DNA from: an uncultured bacterium
GTDB lineage: Bacteria > Hydrothermota > Tepidihabitantia > SM23-42
Direction of reading: 5' to 3'
Length of the DNA: 64,000 nucleotides
NCBI GenBank assembly: GCA_965603515.1
Contig: CBFDDH010000001.1
Coordinates: forward strand, 80,568-144,567
Shown in pieces: positions 59,874 through 64,000 of this stretch. A program made the position numbers and the translations under genes. The notes beneath the pieces were generated by a model that was not told the DNA's origin, ran no database searches, and saw nothing but the letters and a program-made list of their open reading frames with translations. Each line of letters opens with the position of its first letter. Within the stretch, counting starts at the first letter, position 1.

Positions 59874-61052
59874 CTATTCTAAAGATAGCTCAAGAATTTC
59901 TGAAATATCCATAACTTCAATACTCGCGTTCAATGATTTTATGGTTTCTTCAAACATCTGAAGACAGTACGGACAGGCAACACAAAGGATATCAGCACCA
60001 GTTTCTAATATTTGCTCAGCACGGAGGTCAGCGAGTCTTTCATCCTGGGGCCAATCACGCCACAGACCCATTGCACCACCGCCACAACAGATACTGAAAT
60101 CCCGATTGAAAATAGGGACCTCAATAAGCTTCAAACCCGGGATACTCTTTAACACTGCCCTTGGCTCATCATAAATGTCCATTTGTTTACCTAATGTACA
60201 TGGATCATGGTAGACAACGGTTTTTTCAAACGGCCTTTTTGGGACTATTTTCTTGTCCTTTATCAACCGGTCAAATACCTGTACTGCGTGGAGTGTTTCA
60301 AACCCATCATAATATTCTGGGTATTCTTTGGTAAAAGTAACCAAACAATGGGGTGAAGTAGCGATTACTTTGTGCACCTTAGTCTTTTTGAATAGTTCAG
60401 TATTTTGCTTAACCGCAGTTTGAAAAACCTTTTCCGCACCCACCCTACGCACTGCCTCGCCACAACAGAATTCTTCTTTTCCAATAATACCAAAAGAAAC
60501 AGCGGCTCGTTTTAGTATCCTCGCCGTAGCTTGGGAGACCTTTTTGGCCCGCGCATCATAAGCTGGCAAACAACACGGGAAATACAAGTACTCGCAGTCC
60601 TCAGTGTATTGAGGTATGTTCAGACCCGCAGCCCAATCACCCCTTTTCTCAATTGATTCACCAAGCGGATTCCCTGAACTAAAGACCCGTGTGACAACAC
60701 TCTTTAATTCTCCAGGATAAGAATCATAATCAACAAGTATCCTTCGAACCGCGCGCAATATGTCAGAAAGCCCAACGCCGCGCGGGCACTCGGACTTGCA
60801 TGAATCGCATCCAACACATCTAAATACATCAATAGTATCAGCGGCGATCTCCTCCTTTTCTTCACTATCAATTATCGCACCGAGTTTAATGCGCTGACAG
60901 AACCGATACGTAGTGTAATTCAACCCATCGAGAAGATTCCATGGACATGCCGCCATGCATCGACCACATTGATAACACTTAATAACGTCAGCAGCGTCCG
61001 ATTCAATAATCGCATCGCGTACTTCTAAATTTATTTTTATAGAACCGCCCAT
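59874..61052 (-). CDS. (Fe-S)-binding oxidoreductase with two 4Fe-4S motifs and two CCG domains (HdrD/GlcF-like, ETF-associated)
   Basis: 392 aa; CxxCxxCxxxCP x2 and two CCG cysteine-rich domains (PCCLP, CCGGG). Confidence 0.7.
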   Translation of the reverse strand: MGGSIKINLEVRDAIIESDAADVIKCYQCGRCMAACPWNLLDGLNYTTYRFCQRIKLGAIIDSEEKEEIAADTIDVFRCVGCDSCKSECPRGVGLSDILRAVRRILVDYDSYPGELKSVVTRVFSSGNPLGESIEKRGDWAAGLNIPQYTEDCEYLYFPCCLPAYDARAKKVSQATARILKRAAVSFGIIGKEEFCCGEAVRRVGAEKVFQTAVKQNTELFKKTKVHKVIATSPHCLVTFTKEYPEYYDGFETLHAVQVFDRLIKDKKIVPKRPFEKTVVYHDPCTLGKQMDIYDEPRAVLKSIPGLKLIEVPIFNRDFSICCGGGAMGLWRDWPQDERLADLRAEQILETGADILCVACPYCLQMFEETIKSLNASIEVMDISEILELSLE

Positions 61053-61057
61053 AAAAA

Positions 61058-62041
61058 TTATCCTTTCGCTAGCTTAACCTCTAATATCTTGGTTTTCAAA
61101 ACCGGCACGACCTTAAAAAGATCGTCTACAATGCCATAGTCAGCTTCACTAAATATCGGTGCATTTGAGTCCTTGTTGACCGCGATAACCGTATCCGCAC
61201 CTTTCATACCGACAATGTGCTGGAATGCACCGGAAATACCCAGGGCGATGTAAAGCTTTGGTTTAACAGTCTTTCCAGACGAACCGACTTGTCGGTCTTT
61301 TGCCATCCAACCAGCATCAACAACTGGTCTTGAACAAGCAACAACGCCGCCAATCGCACTGGCAAAATCCTCGATAATCGATAGGTTTGCCTGATCTTTT
61401 ATACCACGGCCAACAGTTACCAGTATGTCGGACTTGGTGATATCAACTTCACCAACCGCGGCTTCAATATACTCGATGAATTTTCGGTAATCAGGTTGGG
61501 TAGATACTGGTGTATCGAATTTCTCAACTGATCCATCCAGACTGCCCTCTCCAGCTGGGAAACAACCGCTGCGCAGTGTGATCATATAGCCAGGGTTCTC
61601 ACGTAATTGAACCTTCGCGTTCAGTTTTCCATCGTATATCTGACGCGTAACCTTGAGTTTCTGCTCCACAAACTCAATATCTAAACAATCAGTGGTAAAT
61701 GGAACGCCGAGTTGGGTAGCAAGTGCTGGGCATAAATCCATACCAAAAGCAGAATGGCTGATCAAGGTCAGTGCAGGATCTTGCTGCTTGATGATCTCAC
61801 TGAGTGCATTCTGATAGACCTCAGAATTAAAGTCTTTAAAGACATCATTATCCACCACGAGCAAACGGTGCGCTTGGCTTTTCAATATCTGCACAAGATC
61901 ATCAGTATTGTGTCCTAAAATAACTGCAGTCAGTTTCGTATTCTCTTTTTCTGCAAGCTTCCTGCCGCAGCTCAGCAATTCATATGTCATGTCTCTTATT
62001 GCACCCTGTCGATGTTCTACCAGCGCAAAAATATCATTCAT
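61058..62041 (-). CDS. etfA: electron transfer flavoprotein alpha subunit
   Basis: 327 aa; ETF alpha N-domain and FAD-binding C-domain (PKLYIALGISGAFQH). Confidence 0.85.
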   Translation of the reverse strand: MNDIFALVEHRQGAIRDMTYELLSCGRKLAEKENTKLTAVILGHNTDDLVQILKSQAHRLLVVDNDVFKDFNSEVYQNALSEIIKQQDPALTLISHSAFGMDLCPALATQLGVPFTTDCLDIEFVEQKLKVTRQIYDGKLNAKVQLRENPGYMITLRSGCFPAGEGSLDGSVEKFDTPVSTQPDYRKFIEYIEAAVGEVDITKSDILVTVGRGIKDQANLSIIEDFASAIGGVVACSRPVVDAGWMAKDRQVGSSGKTVKPKLYIALGISGAFQHIVGMKGADTVIAVNKDSNAPIFSEADYGIVDDLFKVVPVLKTKILEVKLAKG

Positions 62042-62053
62042 TTTTCGCCTCCA

Positions 62054-62827
62054 TCATATGAGTCCTTTTTCCTTGATAATACCTGCGACTTTTGCTGAAA
62101 TCTCATCCATGCTTCCAGAAAGAATTTCCGCACGCTTGCCGACCGGTGGTGTGAATAACTCTTCAAGACTCGCATTAGCTTGAATACCTGTCGGGTCAAT
62201 GTCAGATGCACCGATCACTTTGATTTCTTTTTTTGCGGCGCGCCTGATCGCAATGAGCGAAGCATATCGTGGTTCATTGATACCGGTCTGGATCGTAAAA
62301 AGAGCGGGCAGACTCATCTCGAGGTGTTCTATTAAACCGCCTTCGAGTTCTCGATGTACCTGGGCTTTTGTATCCTGGATGTCAACTTTGGCAACCAATG
62401 TGGCATGTGGTATGCCAAGTAATTCAGCAAGTATTACACCAACCTGTGAATAGTAATCATCGGTCGCAATACAACCGGTAAATATGACATCGGATTTCAG
62501 ATCTTTGATGGCTGCTTTTAGAAGCTGGGCTGTTTTATACCCATCAAGTTCTTCAAAATCCTCTGCTTTTATCCGTATCGCACTATCTGCGCCTTTTGCC
62601 AAAGCAATACGCAATGTATCTTCCACCTCAATAGTTCCTAAAGAGACCGCGGTAAGAGTGCCGCCGGATTTTTCTTTTAAAAGAATTGCTTCTTCAAGGG
62701 CATAAGTGTCAGATTCATTCATGTCAAAGGTCAAACGGTCCTTTATTATATCCTTACCAGAAGAATCAATTTTCACATCAGCTTCAGCAGTCTGCGCAAC
62801 TCTTTTTATGCAAACAATAATATCCAA
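62054..62827 (-). CDS. etfB: electron transfer flavoprotein beta subunit
   Basis: 257 aa; MDIIVCIKRV N-terminus typical of EtfB; TTG start codon 6 nt after AGGAGG. Confidence 0.85.
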   Translation of the reverse strand: MDIIVCIKRVAQTAEADVKIDSSGKDIIKDRLTFDMNESDTYALEEAILLKEKSGGTLTAVSLGTIEVEDTLRIALAKGADSAIRIKAEDFEELDGYKTAQLLKAAIKDLKSDVIFTGCIATDDYYSQVGVILAELLGIPHATLVAKVDIQDTKAQVHRELEGGLIEHLEMSLPALFTIQTGINEPRYASLIAIRRAAKKEIKVIGASDIDPTGIQANASLEELFTPPVGKRAEILSGSMDEISAKVAGIIKEKGLI

Positions 62828-62847
62828 AATAACCTCCTAACAATGCT

Positions 62848-62941
62848 GGTTATTGGGTTAGGGTTAGGACACTGGATTTCAAGCATCCATACTCAAGCCT
62901 GTCTTCTATCTTTCTCTAGCTTCCAAACCCAAACCCACCAT
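62848..62941. repeat. family 1 element copy G (most regular copy)
   Basis: tggttattgggttagggttaggacactggatttcaagcatccatactcaagcctgtcttctatctttctctagcttccaaacccaaacccaccatcta. Confidence 0.8.
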
Positions 62942-64000
62942 CTATCTTGTAAGTTCTCTTGCTATAACAATCTTCTGGATTTCCGATGTCCCCTCATAGA
63001 GCTCAAGAATCTTGGCATCACGGTAGATCCTTTCAATAGGATATTCTTTTGTATAACCATAACCACCGTGAATTTGAACTGCCTTGCGAGCAACATCTAC
63101 AGCCATTGAAGCACCATAATACTTTGCCATTGCCGATTCCAGCGAGAACCTCGTCATCCCTTTGTTCTTACAGTGCCCGGCAAAGTAAACGAGCATCCTT
63201 GCGGCTTGAATCTCAGTTGCCATTTCAGCAAGCATTGACTGCACCATTTGGAAATTACATATCGGCTGCCCGAATGCCTTGCGCTCTTTTGAATATCGCA
63301 CCGCCTCATCGAGTGCGCTCTGGGCAATACCGACCGCCTGCGCACCGATATCAATCCTTGAGACATCGAGCGTGTTCATACAAATCTTGAAACCTTCACC
63401 TTCTTTACCCAATAGGCTTTCTTTAGGTATTCTTACATCCTCGAAAATCATTTCACAGTTAGCTGTTGCCCTAATACCCATCAAATCCTCATGCTTACCA
63501 AGACTAAACCCCGGGATATCTCTCTCTACGATAAAGGTGCTTATACCCTTGTGTTTCAATTCCTTGTTAGTATAGGCAAAAACCACGTAGACCCCTGCTT
63601 CACCGGCATTTGTGATAAATCTTTTTGTGCCATTAAGGATATAGGCATCACCGTCCAACCGTGCCGTAGATTCCATAGCCGCCACATCAGACCCAGCATT
63701 CGGCTCGGTTAAACCAAATGCCCCGAGTTTCTCACCTTTGCAGAGCAACGGTAGATATTTCTTCTTCTGCTCTTCGTTGCCAAACTGCATAATAGGATAG
63801 CCAACGAGCGAATTGTTAACTGCGACAATAACACCAGTCGATGCGCAAGCCCTGGAAATCTCTTCGACCGCAATAGCAAGTGAGATGTAATCAAAACCAG
63901 CACCACCGTATTCCTCCGGAATAATAATGCCAAGCAGACCCAGCTTGGCCATCTTTTTGATATTATCCCAGGGAAACTCAGCAGATTTGTCTATATCTGG
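62942..64000 (-). CDS. acyl-CoA dehydrogenase (short/branched-chain type), N-terminus beyond window end
   Basis: C-terminal 336+ aa of ACAD fold incl. catalytic Glu region YEGTSEIQKIVIAREL; ORF open to position 64000. Confidence 0.85.
   Translation of the reverse strand, partial: PDIDKSAEFPWDNIKKMAKLGLLGIIIPEEYGGAGFDYISLAIAVEEISRACASTGVIVAVNNSLVGYPIMQFGNEEQKKKYLPLLCKGEKLGAFGLTEPNAGSDVAAMESTARLDGDAYILNGTKRFITNAGEAGVYVVFAYTNKELKHKGISTFIVERDIPGFSLGKHEDLMGIRATANCEMIFEDVRIPKESLLGKEGEGFKICMNTLDVSRIDIGAQAVGIAQSALDEAVRYSKERKAFGQPICNFQMVQSMLAEMATEIQAARMLVYFAGHCKNKGMTRFSLESAMAKYYGASMAVDVARKAVQIHGGYGYTKEYPIERIYRDAKILELYEGTSEIQKIVIARELTR

Overview
This 64-kb window is a gene-dense (~90% coding), mostly minus-strand chromosomal segment of an anaerobic bacterium at roughly 43% GC. 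The organism could not be assigned. The gene content fits a fermentative or syntrophic lifestyle based on acyl-CoA metabolism. No rRNA genes, tRNA genes, CRISPR arrays, transposases or integrases were recognised.

The first ~28 kb carries housekeeping and envelope genes. Recognised symbols are thrC, dut, pepA, gdhA, radA, dnaB, coaBC, rpoZ and birA. This stretch also has a CDF transporter, an MFS transporter, a GT4 glycosyltransferase, an LpxL-like acyltransferase, an MlaFED-like ABC system, a YacL-like PIN/TRAM gene, an M42 peptidase and a soluble two-subunit succinate dehydrogenase/fumarate reductase-like pair. A thioredoxin-like [2Fe-2S] ferredoxin gene is interrupted by a frameshift in an A7 run.

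The remaining ~36 kb (28.3-64 kb) is one large, almost uninterrupted minus-strand super-cluster for short-chain acyl-CoA metabolism.
- Beta-oxidation-type enzymes: a thiolase, a 3-hydroxyacyl-CoA dehydrogenase and two crotonases.
- Two paralogous biotin-carboxylase / BCCP-like / carboxyltransferase sets, one methylcrotonyl-CoA carboxylase-like and one propionyl-CoA carboxylase / methylmalonyl-CoA decarboxylase-like.
- An archaeal-type thiolase / HMG-CoA synthase / DUF35 trio.
- Two methylmalonyl-CoA mutase catalytic subunits with a B12-binding subunit, MeaB, an epimerase and a CoA-transferase.
- Alanine dehydrogenase, a methionine gamma-lyase-like PLP enzyme, glnS and a tryptophanase.
- An electron-transfer module: etfB, etfA, a CCG-domain Fe-S oxidoreductase and a partial acyl-CoA dehydrogenase.

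The most unusual content is non-coding.
1. Seven copies of a 60-110 bp intercistronic element with telomere-like G-rich inverted termini. Each copy ends 18-23 nt upstream of the start codon of a minus-strand gene.
2. A second AT-rich family with CCAAA/TTTAGG inverted arms in at least seven other spacers. Two copies carry a conserved twin-hairpin core that resembles the 16S rRNA 3' end.
3. A perfect 84-bp direct repeat pair, itself built of 10-bp-phased sub-repeats, bracketing a five-gene block.
4. A small inserted cassette encoding a four-helix-bundle protein (23S rRNA intervening-sequence family), flanked by an array of a 17-bp motif.
5. A low-GC islet with a GNAT gene and a minimal nucleotidyltransferase plus a small partner ORF.
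6. Two strong sigma70-type promoters placed so that thrC and pepA would be transcribed as leaderless mRNAs.
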